DNA from: the human T2T-CHM13v2.0 reference genome, Homo sapiens
Reading direction: 5' to 3' (one strand)
NCBI RefSeq assembly: GCF_009914755.1
Contig: NC_060929.1
DNA: 64,000 nt
Below, in pieces: positions 1-17,470 of this stretch. The position numbers were made by a program, and so were the translations under genes. Numbering within the stretch: position 1 is the stretch's first letter; each line of letters begins with the position of its first letter. The notes beneath the pieces are model-generated. The model had not been told where the DNA came from. It did not search any database and saw only the letters and a program-made list of their open reading frames with translations.

Positions 1-750
1 ATGACACATGAGCTGTCATAAAGGATCAAAAGGAATTAGGCAAGGAAGGGAATGAAGAGAGTAAGAGGTGGCACACGCGACATCATGAGCAGAGCTTTCT
101 GTCAGTTCAGTGTTACTGGAGAGTGAAAAATATGAGGTGGGGAGAGGCATGAGATGAGACTAGAGAATGCAGGTGCTAGGTCAAGGAAGGCTTGCTTTCC
201 AAAACCTAGCCTCTGAAGCTTTATGATGACAGTGATGAGGAGCCACTGAAGAGCTTTAAATAGGGGAGTAAAGTGTACTTGGCAGATGTCTTAGAGGAAA
301 GCAAGAATAAGGGTAGAGAAACCAATGAAAAGACAAGACAAAAGTATTTTAACATTAAGTCCAAATGAGAGATGATAAAGCACTAAATTAGGCCTTGATG
401 GCAGAAATGGAGAAGAGGAGATAGACTTGGAAATATTTAGGTGGTCAGGCAAAATGTAAAATCTTGGTGATTCTTTTGACGGTGAGGAGCAGGGCAGAAG
501 GGGAGAATGAATCATAGTTTCTGGGTGAGTGATTATTAGCAGCATTAACTTAGACTGGGGAAGAGAAGCGGGGATCCAGGGAATGGTGAGGAGTTCTGGT
601 TTATCCATGCGGTGTTTGGAGTGCCTGTGGAATAGCCAAGGGACCAAACAAACAGGCATTTAGCTGTAGAAGTATGAATCTCCAGGGCGAGATCAGTCCT
701 GGAGCTGGATCTGGCAATCATTCACACACAGTGACTGTTGGAATCATCAT
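1..750 (-). mobile_element. L2 LINE fragment
   Basis: Purine-rich L2 antisense motifs (gagttctggttt...tttggagtgcctgtgg...ggagctggatctggcaatca). Confidence 0.7.
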
Positions 751-815
751 GATAAACAAAAGAGATCTCCGGATACTTTATTATTTTAATTTCATCTTAT
801 TTCATTACTATTATT

Positions 816-1082
<267 letters not shown>

Positions 1083-1329
1083 TCTTTCACTACTATTATT
1101 TTAAATGGAAAAAAATTAATGTAGCACTTTCAGAGAATATTATATGAGGCACATTAAAGATAAAACAAAGTGTTCATTGTGCATTGATTTAAAAATAAAA
1201 AAATATGCAGCCATTTGCTATATATTGATGTTTGGGAACACCACATTAACATATGACAGCAAGTCACCTCGTCAGTACAATACTATAAATGTATACATAT
1301 GTCTGTATATATGTATATGTTTTAAATAA

Positions 1330-1545
1330 AGATAATAACAAAGCAATTGGTTTGCACCAGATACTATGTGTAATAGCCATATTAATACTTAGATGCTATG
1401 AGGAAGGTTTTATTTTTATCATCTCCATTCCAGATTAAATGTCTAGGCACTCCTAGAAGAAAAACAACCTATCCAAGGTTACATAACTGCCAAGTGGCAA
1501 AGCTGGAATACAAAGACAAGTCTGACTCCAAAGCTCCTAATAGCT
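1330..1545 (-). mobile_element. MIR
   Basis: ccaaggttacataactgccaagtggcaaagctggaa...gtctgactccaaagc is the MIR core in antisense. Confidence 0.7.
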
Positions 1546-1749
1546 ACAGGACATTGAGCACTACGTGGCCATCCCTCACTCCCATGCCTTTTGTCCAGGC
1601 TTCTTTTTGCAGCAATGAGAGGATGATGCAAGAGGGGTCAGGTGAGCACAGGGATTTCAACCCATTTAAAAAATCATAATTAATGACTTGATGAATCTAT
1701 CTAGATATTCATGCTCAATGAATGTATCTAGATATTCATGCTTCTGAAT

Positions 1750-2730
1750 ATTGGTAGTTAAAGGTATATTTGTTTTGGAGGGCAATTTGAGTATATGTAT
1801 CAAAATTTTAATTAGCTTACTCTCTGGTCCGGGAATATCACTTCAAGGAATAAGACTTTCAAAGATACACAAGTATACAAAGAAAAGAAACTAGAAAAAT
1901 CCTAATGTCTATAAATGTGAGATGGTTAATTAAATGACTGAATAATGATATAATCATATAATACATATGTCATAGTTTGCAGCCTGTAAAAAGAATAATG
2001 CAGATCATTCTATATGTATTGATACAAAAGTGATCTGTGATATAAGTAAAAAAAATTGCAAAGGAATCTGTAGAATGTACATGTACAGTATGTGCATTAT
2101 TGTGTAAGGGTACACACCAAACTATTAACAGGGATTACTTTAGGATGGTAGGGTTAAGGGTAGGTAAGGTAAATAAGACCTAATACTTTTCACATTATAC
2201 ACTTTAAATATGTATGTATACACATACATACATACATACACACATGAATTTAATATGTTTATATAACAATGGGCATATAATGCTTTTGAGAAGAAAAATT
2301 AATATTTTTCTAAATCCAGCAAGTCAACAATCTATTAAGATAAATTTAAACTTAGTGATATACAAATAAATTATGCAACATCTATATTATAGAATATCAT
2401 GGCAGTGCTGAAAAGAACGCCAGACCCAATTGCACTGAAATTGAAGGTGGTCACAAAATATTAAGTGAAAAATGCACATTACATGACAATATGTCTAGTT
2501 TGATCTCATTTTTAAAAGTTACAAATATGAATTCTTATATGTGCATAAGAAAAATTCTAAACTATTAAACAAAGTGTGAATAAGAATGGTAACCCTGGGA
2601 AACAGAATCAAAGGGAAGGCAATATGAGAATGCTGACATTTCCCTTCATGTATATTTGATTTTTTAATTTTTGTAATAGAAATGTATCACTTTGATTATT
2701 TCTTCAACATAATAAAAAGATTTCTAACAA
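1750..2730 (+). mobile_element. Old L1M (L1ME-like) 3'-end fragments
   Basis: ttttggagggcaatttg...tatcaaaatttta and caccaaactattaacagggattac resemble L1ME 3' ends. Highly diverged. Confidence 0.5.
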
Positions 2731-2854
2731 AATGCAGTTTTAGGAATGGATCACTTGTCACTTTATTTCAGACCATCAATATCTAATATAATGAAGTCTG
2801 CAAGTGTACCCTATAATAAACTTCAGATTCATAAAATTTGTAAAATATATAATT

Positions 2855-3100
2855 AGCTGGGCACGGTGGCTCACGCCTACAATCCCAGCATTTTGGGAGG
2901 CCAAGGTGGGTGGATCACTTGAAGTCAGGAGTTTGAGACCAGCCTGGCCAACATGGTGAAATCCCATCTCCACTAAAAATACAAAAATTAGCTGGGCATG
3001 GTGGTGGGCGCCCGTAATCCCAGTTACTCAGGAGGCTGAGGGAGAAGAATCGATTGAACGCAGGAGGCAGAGGTTGCAGTGAGACTCCATCTCAAAAAAA
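2855..3100 (+). mobile_element. AluS, right arm partly deleted, (TA)n tail
   Basis: Alu body in which gcagtgag joins directly to actccatctc. Confidence 0.9.
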
Positions 3101-4740
3101 AATATATATATATATGATATATATATATATAAAATTAGCATAACTTTCCATGTTTAATGGTGCACTAAAGACTATACAAAAAGTAAAAGTACTGTAATAT
3201 GTTTTCCAATTTTCAGTTTTTCTCTTTCTTCCTGTTCCCACAATGTAAATCTAGGCCCTTTTCACATAATCTCCTAACTGATAAATAAATGAATTCCCTA
3301 TAACACTTCCTTGAACAATCTAAATAAGCAATCTCTATTTTATCACTTCTTTCTCCTTGCTAATACTGAGGAAACACATTCAAGCTTTCATAAAGCTTTC
3401 ATTTTCACAAATGTATATTATTTCTGAAGCAAACAAAAACAAACCAGGCTCCAGAAATGCTCCTTTTTACATTTTGGAAGTGAATCCACTTCTTCTCTGG
3501 TCCCATTCCCTCCCTCATGAACACAGAACTTGGCTGTCTTCTTTGACTGAGACGGCCCCTGGTGAGACCCCACTGCCTTACAAATCAGGACACATGTCCT
3601 CACCAGAATAGAATGTTGCTGACAGGAATGTCTCACCTGTGCTGTAGCTCTTCCCATAGCACTAACACTACTTCTCCATCATCTGACAATATCTCTTGCT
3701 TCCATACTCATGCTCATGCCTTAAACACTATTACTTCCCTTCTTGGTTGTCTTAGAGAAGACCAACACAAGAACCTCTCTGATCTTTCCCAAGGGTTCTG
3801 AAGGAAAGTCCTGCCACTGGGAAGCAAATAAGGATATCTTCCTAAGGAAGAAGAGCCTACTCTGCATTCTCCAATCTTGGCCATCTTCCAGGAAGCTAGC
3901 CATCTGTTCAGAGTGCTCAGAGCTAGACTTCATCTTTAGTTCAAAGTAGCAAGGCACTGAAAGAGCATGCTGCAGAAGAAGCCTATGACTCCAGCCTGTG
4001 TATCAAGAACAATGATCATAGACATGGACCCAAAATGCAGAGGGACCTAAGAGAGAAAGGGGCTCAATTCGATTAGCTTAAAATTGCTCTACTTCCAACA
4101 AAGCATATAAAGAGGATATTATCAGAGCCCTTAAATTATCTTAAATAAGGCCTTTATTGACAAGATCGCATTTCTCCATGTTTTTTCATTGTAAGTAACA
4201 ATAAAGAAGCAAATTTGAGCAATAAATGGGAGTTTTGTATAAGAATAAAGGCTGTCTTAGCCTTATACTAAATTATCTCAAGTAGGTAGAGGGACAACAG
4301 ACAATAAGCTGGAGTGAACATTGTGAAGCACCTCTCTTTAATCATTAGCTGAATGTGCTCTCACTCACACCAAGCAAGAGGATCAAAGCAGCCATGATAG
4401 TTGCTTAGTGGGCCCAGATGCCCAGTTTTATCAAAGTGAAACTTAAATGCTTGGAACTCCCTTGAAGGCTAGAACACTCCAAAAGGCTTATGATAAATTA
4501 GGGAAATAGTCTGCGCTCCTTTATTTGTGTCCCAAGTGGCATGAGTGATTCCAAAATGGTATTAAATATTCTTATTTTTGTGAGTGATTCAACATGAAGG
4601 CTAGATTTTATCTTAGTGTGTGTAAATTCTAGCTATTGAAAAAAAGTATATATATGTTCTTTCCCAGATAAATTATAAATCTTTATTAACACAGGCTGCC
4701 TGATTAGAATTCTCTTGTATTTATTATAAATCAAAGTTAA

Positions 4741-5073
<333 letters not shown>

Positions 5074-5105
5074 CACCCATGTGATATTTTAAAAAGTTAA
5101 TCTCA

Positions 5106-5400
<295 letters not shown>

Positions 5401-7195
5401 AAAAAAGTTAATCTCATAAGTCTTCATCCCCTTTTTTTCATGGGGATATTAACCTAAAATATCTGAAAGGCCAATTTTCAAGATTAAATCAAAGTTATGG
5501 CATAACTAAGAGCATAAAATATGTCAGCCCCCCTACACCACCAATAAAGATTAGATGATTCAAATGGTGAAAACACAGAAAACTAAGCAACACTCATTTG
5601 ATGACTATGAAAGCTAATTACATTCAGATTCTTTTACAATTTGTATAAAGATGTCTGTCTTTTTTTCAAAGATTTGTCTTAAATAAAAAACAAGGAAATA
5701 AAACTAACTGAATAGAGATTTCAAGTTCTTAAAGAAAAAGGTCAAATTAATGATAAAGATACTACATGTAAATAATAATTGCATGGGATAAATCCTAAAA
5801 TAATTTACCAGAAAATTCTAATTTTTTTACAAGATTTCAAAACAGACACTGCTATAATGTTGAGTCATTCGATCTCATGACATTTAATATTACTTTTTGG
5901 AGGTTCTGTCCTCTTAGCACAGCTGGCAGCATGTCAGTCTCATAAACTGAAAGTCCTGAGTTAATATTACTTCCTTGGGTTTGAAAAATACGTTTAGCTA
6001 TCAGCAATCAATCTATTGACTATTGTCCCCAGGTAGCATTTGCTACCAGTGGGAAAATACTCCTTATATTTTAACTACTATTGCACACTTCATAATTGCT
6101 AATTAGTACTTAATTTTCCCTTTGCTCAGTGAATAATGATTATTGCTTTCACCTAATACAACAAAGGGCTACCTTTCACAATCAATTTTTTAAAATTAGC
6201 CAATGATCAATAGGTACTACCCATCCCGCATGAATGCCTTACATAGTCTATCAGGATATACTGTGTTAACCACTACAATTTTTCAAGCACTGTTGGAGGT
6301 AGTTAACTTTAATGCTAACATAAATACAGGTTAGCTACTTTGATTATTTTAAGAACTATAAAACTTTGAACACTTTGACCTATGGTAAGAAAATTTCCAT
6401 CATTGAACAGTTTTAAACTTGCATACTAAATGATTAGGATGTGATTTAGAATATGTAACAGGAGATGACAAAAGTGAGATATTAATTCCTATTGAAGAGG
6501 CAAAGCACAAACTATGGAAGTGAATATGGAAGTTTTTCACTTTTACATTATTTAAATTTGTAGAGAGTCTGGTAATGTGTGATCATTTTTCCCTCAATAA
6601 AGGAAGTGATTACAAAAGGTGAAAGTTGGCTTCTAAATTTTGTCCATGGTTTTCAATGGCAGGTTCTGATCTGGAGACAAAACTATTAAATATACTTTTT
6701 AAAAATATATATTTACAAATGGGGGCATATAATTGTTTTAAATGTTATTTCATTTTTACTGAATCATGTAAATGTCATAATGGAATGGATTAATAAAGTA
6801 GGTTCTCTATCTTTGGATAGAATATACTTATAAAAGGCAGTTCTGGTCTAGTTTCTAAGCCTGAAAACACGCCACACTTCATTGGAATAAACCAGTTTCA
6901 GTACAAATTTATGAAATATGGATTGTAATTCTTATGATGATGATGAAAGCACCAAAATCTAGACACTTGAGGTGATAACAGTGAATTTATATGTGCATAG
7001 AACTCGTAATTGCATTATATTATCATATAGTAACTAGTATCATACACAACAAAATACCAAAAAAATAAGTGTTATGTATAGTCAAGAAAATGAAGCCAAA
7101 GTATCCTCTAGTCTCAATAGGAGTAAGAAAGATATTATCCAAATTCTCAAATTCTTATTTCTAATTAAATATATTTTATTAAAAACTGACAGAAT

Positions 7196-7498
7196 GGCTG
7201 AGCGCGGTGGCTCACGCCTGTAATCCCAGCACTTTGGAAGGCCAAGGCAAGCAGATCATGAGGTCAGGAGACCGAGACCATCTTGGTCAACATAGTGAAA
7301 TCCCATCACTGCTAAAATACAAAAAATTAGCAAGGCTTAGTGGTGCACACCTGTAGTCCCAGCTACTCAGGAGGCTGAGGCCAGGAGAATGAATCCCTTG
7401 AATCCAGGAGGCGGAGGCTGCAGTAAGCTGAGATTGCACCACTGCACTCCAGCCTGGCGACAGAGCAAGACACCGTCCCCCCGCCCCCCCCAAAAAAA
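7196..7498 (+). mobile_element. AluS (Sc-like) with a C-rich tail
   Basis: Alu body with TSD aaaactgacag. Confidence 0.9.
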
Positions 7499-10400
7499 CC
7501 TGACAGGCTATCAAAAATGTCTTGGCCAAGATAAGTTAAAGAGGTGAATTAGCAAAATGATGGTTAAGAAAATTGAAAAATTCACACCACTTTGACATAT
7601 AAAATAAAGAAAGACAAAAGAATGCAAATCTTGACTCAGTGACCCAGTCAAATAATTCTCAAATTTTATTTGTGGTTTATGGTAATCCAATGAAAAGTTC
7701 AAAGAAATCATACTTCTGAGAAAAAAAAAAAAGGAAAAGCCTAAGATCTAATGCTCACTATATAAGGAAAAGCAGAAGAAAACAAAGTTCTGAACACAGA
7801 ATTACGGTTAGGTTAAATCAGATATGAAGTAGTTTAACAAAGTAAAAACAAGGCAACTTAGCAATTGTATATGTGGAAATTTTGAAGTAAATTTCCAAAG
7901 TAGAACATGAAGAGATGCATCCATAAATCCCACTAGCAATAATGTGCTCCTCTGATCTTAGTGATATTCACTTTTAAGTGATGCCAATAACTATTGTAAT
8001 AATGCTGTATTTATGACAGCATTCATCTAGTCAGTCTGTCTTGAAGACGGTGAACTTAAAAGTAGTGTTATTTTTTCTTTTCCATTTACTAATGATATCC
8101 TTAGTTTTATAGGCACCAGTCACAGATCAATCCTTTTTTATGTCTCACTGTGGTATGCAATTTTTTTTTTTTTGCTAACTGTATGTTTAAAATAATTAGT
8201 ACTGCTGGATATAATCACTAATTTCCTAAAACTGCAAAAGGCAACTTAATATTTCAGCATAGCAGCTGTAATACACAATATTGCACAAAACTAAATTATT
8301 ACAAATGGTGCCAGGAGTTTTCTATACACAGTATGTAAGATAATTATAAAAAATCATCTTCATTACTGCTTGCTAGCATTTTTTTAACAGTTTAATTTGG
8401 ATAGGTTACAAAATACATTCAAATCACACAGATATAATTACTGTACACCCAAGAAGCTATAAAATGTTCCCAACCAAATCCCTTTGACCCTGTTAATGTC
8501 TATTCCTTGTTAATCTAAGGCAAACATTGTTTGTAGTGTGCATTTGTTTTAGAATATGAAAAAAAAGGGGGGGGAAGTAAGGAAATCCCTTAACAGTTGT
8601 TATTGATTCCAGCATTTACCGGCTGAGAGTTAAGTGCTGTTTACAAAACAGAACAGATGCAGATGCTGACAAAAAGGTAAACAATTGTTGCATGGCTTCC
8701 TGCCAGATTCTGAACCGATATATTAAACTCCAAGTGAAGCACATTTCCCCTATGGATTGCACTTATTGCCACTTCATTTCCTATGTGCTCTGTCTCTCTA
8801 TTGCCGAGCCTGGCACTAAGCTATTTCCAGTTCCTTGCTGACCCCTGAGGCCTGGTGCTACCACACACAGCCATTAGAGAAGGGAATTGCATGTGTCTGA
8901 CACGGTCTGAAACCAATTATTTGATATTTTCTTCAGAATGATGCCCAACTCTGTTGGGAATGAGCAATCATGAAATAATTTACCTCCTGATTTAATTTTT
9001 TCCTGCACAAATTAGTTGTACACAGAGCTGGCTATACACAGCTGCCTGTGACATAGCTCTGTCTTATCAAGATGATACTTGAAATGAAGCAGGGGGGTCT
9101 GACTTGAATAGGTCAGGGAATACTGCTTCAAAGAGGCATTGACAAGTTTATCAGATATACTGATCACATGTACTCTCTGTTGATTGAAAATGACAGAACC
9201 TTAAAGAACTATCAGGGCAGCAGAGAAAACCACAAGGATGCAAACCTCATCAGGGTGTTTAATGTTTTTAAACAACTGTCTGATTTCTGGTTCCCTTTTT
9301 GTGTCCTAACAACCTGGCACATGAATAAAATTTAATAAAATATTAAAAACAAACTCACATTGGTTCATGGCTGAGTGACCTTCACTAAATTTCCTATTTA
9401 GTAGCCCTGTTGTTAGTTATGGTCATAAATGTAAAGAAAGTATGTATTTTTCTGTAACTCAAATCCCTACAAATAGGTTTCATAAAAAATAGAAAGGACT
9501 TAGAATTTATATTTTGTTATCTCTGAGTCACAGAAATAAGGCAAAGCCTGAGAGGATCACTTGTCCATAAACATAGAAAGCTTCCAAAACTTGCATATAT
9601 TTAATCAAATAGTGATATTAAGACTAACTGCTTGAACTCAATAAAGACAACATATGTCTCTTTGGAGAAAGTAACTGGAGGTAAAGCTTCAACCAAATCT
9701 GTGCAGTAATAGCTTGTCCATAAGTTCAAGCAAAGATTTGTCACATTTTTACATACTGATTCTACATTACATTTAACTATTAAATCTTAAAGAGGCTGTG
9801 ATTGCTGCATTTTCCTATTTCTCTTCAGGGTCCAGCCTCCACTAACTAGAACCATACATCATAACTGGGAACTTCAGGGCTTTTGTGATCATGACTAAGA
9901 AAAACTATAAGAAAAATGCCCATTAAAAGTACATCCTCTTCAGATAGCTGAAGGATTACTGTTTTACTGCACTACAAAAAGAATGTTAACAATGATTATT
10001 ATAATTCATTTCAGTACGGTTTGGGAAAAAAGGTGTATGAGGGCACTATAAAACAATTTAACAATATAGCTTTCTCTGACAACGATCATCAAAAAATTTG
10101 GAGGCAATTTCTCTTCTTTTCAGAATAGATTATTGTCCACTCCAATAATTACACTATGTTGTGCCTTTTGCCAGTGAAAATGCTAACACTAAAATTTTAA
10201 CTTAATTTCTACCTTGAAGGACAAACAGTATAAAGCCATTTATTCTAGATGAGCTCAGTAAGACCAAGTTATGGAATTCTAAGTATCAAAACTTCATATT
10301 ACTTAGTCTTTTTTATTTCACTGGCATCATAATTTCAAAAGCCATATTAGAGTCTCATCTCTGACTTGCACTTACCTGCTAACTTGGGTACTTCTTATTG

Positions 10401-10957
10401 TCCTGTTACAAAAGAGACTAAACTAGAAATAGCGTAATTTATACTTTTCTAAATAATAGACAAGGGCTTCCTGTCTTTCTTCAGTGTTGAAAAGGAGTTG
10501 TGAAAGCAAACATTGATAGGTTTTGTTTTTGATTGAGACAACAACATACTTACTTACCCTACATCATTTTAAATAACTTTTTATTCAATACATGTGCAAT
10601 TTTAGATCTCCATTTAGATAGCCCAACCATCAATGTTATGAGTGTTTTGGTAAGACTAGAAGCAATTTAAAAATGTATGTATAAACAGAGGAATAGAAAT
10701 ACAATTTTAAAAATGATAGAAGCAAAATAATTTCTGACTAGAAATCCATAATAACTTTTAAACATTTTACTCAAAGCTAAGGATTATTTTCTCATTTTCA
10801 AGTATGGCATGCAGAGGAATGATTGGTTTAACTCTTAAAGCTGCTAGCAGTTTCTCCTGTATAAATGTCTGTGCAGAGAAATCAGTTCATATTCAGAAAA
10901 TGTAATTTCAGACAAAGAATTTTAATAGTTCTAAGTGTAAAAGACACAGATTTCCCC

Positions 10958-11334
10958 TGTTGTGGACTGAATGTTTGTGTCACTCCAAAATTCTTATGTT
11001 AAAATCCTAAGCCCCAAGGTGGTGGCATTTGGAGGTAGGGCTTTGGGAGGGATAGGTGATGGGAGCAGAGCCCTCATGAATGGGATTAGTGTCCTTAAAA
11101 AAGAGACCACAGAGAACTCCCTTGCCCCTTCTACCACATGAGGACACAGAGAGAAGACTGCCTTTATAAGCCAAAAGGTAAGCCTTCACCAGACTTTAAT
11201 TCTACCGGTGCCTTGATCTTGAACTTGTCGGCCTCCAGACTGTGAGAAATAAATGTTCGTTGTTATATTCCCTGAACCCCTCCTCACCCCTGACTATGGT
11301 ATTTTTGTTATAGCAGCCTGAATGGACTAAGACA
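10958..11334 (+). mobile_element. MLT1A0-like solo LTR (ERVL-MaLR)
   Basis: tgttgtggactgaatgtttgtgtc...gttatagcagcctgaatggactaagaca, with TG..CA ends and 5-bp TSD tcccc/tcctc. Confidence 0.9.
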
Positions 11335-11341
11335 TCCTCTA

Positions 11342-12088
<747 letters not shown>

Positions 12089-12505
12089 TCATACTCATAC
12101 ATACATAATTACAATGAAAAATATTCTATCATAATGTACATCTTCAAAGATGATTTTCACAAGAAAGAATGTTGTGGTATAGGAACAGACATTAAAATTC
12201 TCAGTCTTCAGTTAAAAAGAGTACATGTTTAAAGAAATCTTGCTAATGTTTATTTGTTTATTAAACCTTTCTTCTTGAACATTTATGAAAAAAAAGTTGG
12301 GTACTAATAACTAGAAGTCACATATCACTTTTTTTAAGAACCTGAGAAACGACATGTTAAATAATATTCAACGTTTATAATAGCCCATTGGAAAAATGAC
12401 TATATATTAAGCAAAAATTTAGGGATTAATTGCTTATAAACATTTTAATATGAAACAACAGAACTAGGCATTCACATTAATTATTATTTTCATAAATTAA
12501 GATAT

Positions 12506-12994
<489 letters not shown>

Positions 12995-14584
12995 TTAGGA
13001 AGTTTAGAGAGTGACTTAGCACTCTGTACGCTGTAGCAACTTACTTTCTACAGAACATAAATTTCTGACAACAATCTCATGTATACTTGTCCACATATTT
13101 GTTCAATATTGAATAGTTGCAAGATAAGTTTGTTCACTTTTAGTATAGTTTTATTCTAAACTTCTTTTCAGTGACTTTTTTCAATAATTTTCATTTGGAT
13201 CTTAAAATGTTACTTATATTTTTAAATAGATAATTTATTTTTCTAAGTCAAAAAATGAGGCTTTTTAAAACCTCAGCATTTTAATCTTTTAAAAAGTTTT
13301 TCAGTATCAAAAAATGTTATTAAATGGCTAAGATGGTATATAAATCTTAAACTGACCTATGACCTTTCCTGAAAACCAAAACAGAATCTTATTTTTAACT
13401 TTCATCATTAGTGTTTCAATGTCAGAATTAGAGGATATAGCAAGTGAAATATTCTTTGCAACCTTAGGAAGAAGACACCTGTGTTCTAAGAAGGGAGAAG
13501 TAGATAACAGTGCAGTTTGGTGTTTGCTAATTCTTCCTATATGGAAGAAAAATGTGCTAAAATTAAATTGCATACATGTTCTCTTTTACCCAATATACTT
13601 TCCATTTTTGTGCCCTTCTGTCTTTAGAACAATGATTCAGATGCCTCAGAACATTTAATGGAGAATAATTAGGCCAGAAAATAGAGTCCATGCAGCAGAA
13701 AAAAAAGTTTTAGATAAAGATATGTACACATACATATACTACCACACATCTACCCAAGCACATAAAATACACCCTCCCCTTATACCCATAAATATCCAGT
13801 CATTTTTCTCATGATTTTTAATTTAATAAATAATTTTCAGAGAAAATTCCTACCTTTAGTAGAAAGAATTGAAAAAAAAAAAAGAACTTCCTTAGAAAAA
13901 AATTATAATGTCAGACTTTTTGTTTATCTTAGGTGGAATGGAGGTATAGTGGGAAGATGCTTCTTGTCTAATCTTAATTTTGCAGCTAACTTGATTTGTT
14001 AACCAGCCAAAATGCTTTCATTTTTTCACCCACAAAACAAGAACTGGAATTGCTGCATTGTCTAATTTTTGGGTGGTGATATAGCAAAGATAAGTCAAAT
14101 AAATAAAAAATATAGATGCATCTTGCAACCATAATGCTAGCTAATGCTATTGTTATTAATTAATTAATAGTGAAAAGGATCTCAAACCTGGTAATAATCA
14201 GCTCAACTTAGTTACTTTTAGCTTAACTCTGGTAAAAATGGTATATGTAACCAGGTTACTTGCATCTTTAGGAATAAAATGACATTCTTCATTTAGATAC
14301 TTTTTAAAATATTAAAATTAATGGTAATATTTTTTCTATTCATGTATTAGTATGCAAAGTCTTGGATTTTTTTTCTTTGCAAATCTTTCCAAATAGAAAG
14401 AAGTGATGTGGATTTGTACTCTATTACAGTTTCGAAATTCAAGGTTAATTTTATACGTAGGAAAATAAATGTATGCTATGAGTCCAACAGAAAAATTGGG
14501 ATCTAAAAAAATGAGAATTACTCTTCAAATTATTGAAGGATTCTTGATCTTACAAATGATTTCATTCAGCAAGACACAGTAAGT

Positions 14585-14690
14585 CACTGTAGTCACCAGG
14601 ACTTTGGGAGAGCTACTTAACTTGTCCAAACCACAGATTCTGTATCTATAAAATAGGGACAATATCCAACTTTCCAGAGTTGGCTTCAGT
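14585..14690 (+). mobile_element. MIR fragment
   Basis: gactttgggagagctacttaac...tctgtatctataaaatagggacaata resembles the MIR core. Confidence 0.5.
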
Positions 14691-15473
14691 ATACTTTTTC
14701 TTCTTTCGTAATATCATCATTCAAATGGTCAAAACTACTTGAGTAGAAGAGAGAACTGAGTGGCTTTTGATTGGCCTACTTTCTAATAGTGATCTTGTGT
14801 CTCCCTAGTCAAGAAGTCTATCTTCTCTTTGGTTTGAGGGCCTTGGTTATCTTGAATGATCTTTTCATTCCTTGAGGGATTCACTTCCCTCATCCCCAGT
14901 CTTCCTTAAACAAAAGAACAAGGGACTATGAAAAAAAAGGTGTCTTAGAGGTGATTCAGGTCAACCTTTCATCCACTGCAGATTTTAGGAATCTTTCAAA
15001 TATTCAAAGGTGTTTATCATATTCTCCTAAGTCTTCCTTTTTCAAGCTAACAATAACCTCAAGAAAAATTAAAGATAGGATATATGGGGGCCATGGAGTT
15101 TGTCCTAGAATTTAAATCTCCTATTTCTATCTTTTCATATTAAAATACAGAGGATTTATTTAACCAAAATTTATTATATGTAAATAATCCTTTCTTTTTT
15201 GAACACTGAGAAATGTAGCATTTACTTAAATCCAAAGGAAATACAATTTTAAAAGTAAAATTAATTTGATCACATAACTAGTCCAAATATAAATATAGTA
15301 AAATGTTACAATATAAGAATGGCACTGGTGCTCCTGAAACGTAGATGATATGTGTACAATTGTATATATGGATCTGACTTTCCAGATAATTCCAAATTAG
15401 GTTATAATCAAAATGCTAATTGTAAATTTCTAGCTTTTTGAAAGCTATTTTGACTTTAAAGCCTTATAAGCTA

Positions 15474-15876
<403 letters not shown>

Positions 15877-16338
15877 TCAGAAAGCGTTGCTTTGTAAATC
15901 ACTCTGAAAACTTTGTAAGAGTATCTGTAAGAATAATATTGTTCTCTTCTATAAAAGATTGTTAAATCAAAAAGATTCTGTAATATTTATGTTAACATTA
16001 TTTCATCATTTTTTTCAGATAACAAAACATACAAGCATTACACTTCTAAATGTATTGTAATACTAAAGCAGCACATGCTCTCTAAGAAACAAAACATTCA
16101 AAACTGAATATAAAGTAGAAAAAAAGTTACCATACAATACCAAGATGTGGATTAAGTCTAATCACAAGCTTATATGTAAATAAAATTGTCTGTCTGGTAC
16201 CTTATCATAGAAAAATGGCTAGAGAGATTGTCACCATATTTTAAATATATGTACTGGAAAACCTGAATTAGTGGCAGACAGAATGCACTGTGGGGTGCCC
16301 AGGTGAATACAATCATCCAAAAGGCCAACTGGTAGAAT

Positions 16339-16394
16339 AACATAGCACAGCATAGCACAAATAGCACAGCATAGCATAGCATAACATAGCATAG
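16339..16394 (+). repeat. (ATAGC)n-like pentanucleotide microsatellite
   Basis: catagcacagcatagcacaaatagcacagcatagcatagcataacatagcatag. Confidence 0.85.
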
Positions 16395-16549
16395 AAAAGC
16401 ATCATAAAAACTACCCCTAGTGAGTGTCTGAGTTAATAACACTAGCAAATCATAACTGAGTTCTGAATCATTATCAATAAAAAAGAAAAGCAAAACACTG
16501 AATCAGTGTAGAAGACAGAAATAATGTAACCATTAAAAAAGAAAACGTG

Positions 16550-17145
<596 letters not shown>

Positions 17146-17269
17146 GTGAAAGTGGTAAATTATTTTTAATGCTAACTATCATACTGTTTTGCACAGCTTT
17201 TGACACAGAGTTTAGTGGCATATCAAGCTAATATACCAAATAATTGCAAACAGAGAAATCTTCTTTTTT

Positions 17270-17470
17270 TGGCTTACTATCTGTGTGGACTTGGAAAATA
17301 TTTACCTCTCTGAATCTCAGTATTCTCATATATAAAGTATAAATAATATAAAAGGCTGTTGAGAAGGTTAAGTGAACCCACATATGTAAAGCCTTGTAAA
17401 GTCTTATACATATTAATAAGTAATCACATTAGACAGATAGATAGATAGATAGACAGATAGATGATAGATG
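17270..17470 (+). mobile_element. MIR fragment followed by a (TAGA)n microsatellite (about 17428-17470)
   Basis: ttacctctctgaatctcagtattctcat MIR core, then tagacagatagatagatagatagacagatag. Confidence 0.7.

Noticed and set aside
291-659. 122-aa minus-strand ORF as the next KIAA0825 exon
   Set aside because: It lies within a decayed L2 and has no convincing splice sites. The next exon is probably outside the window.
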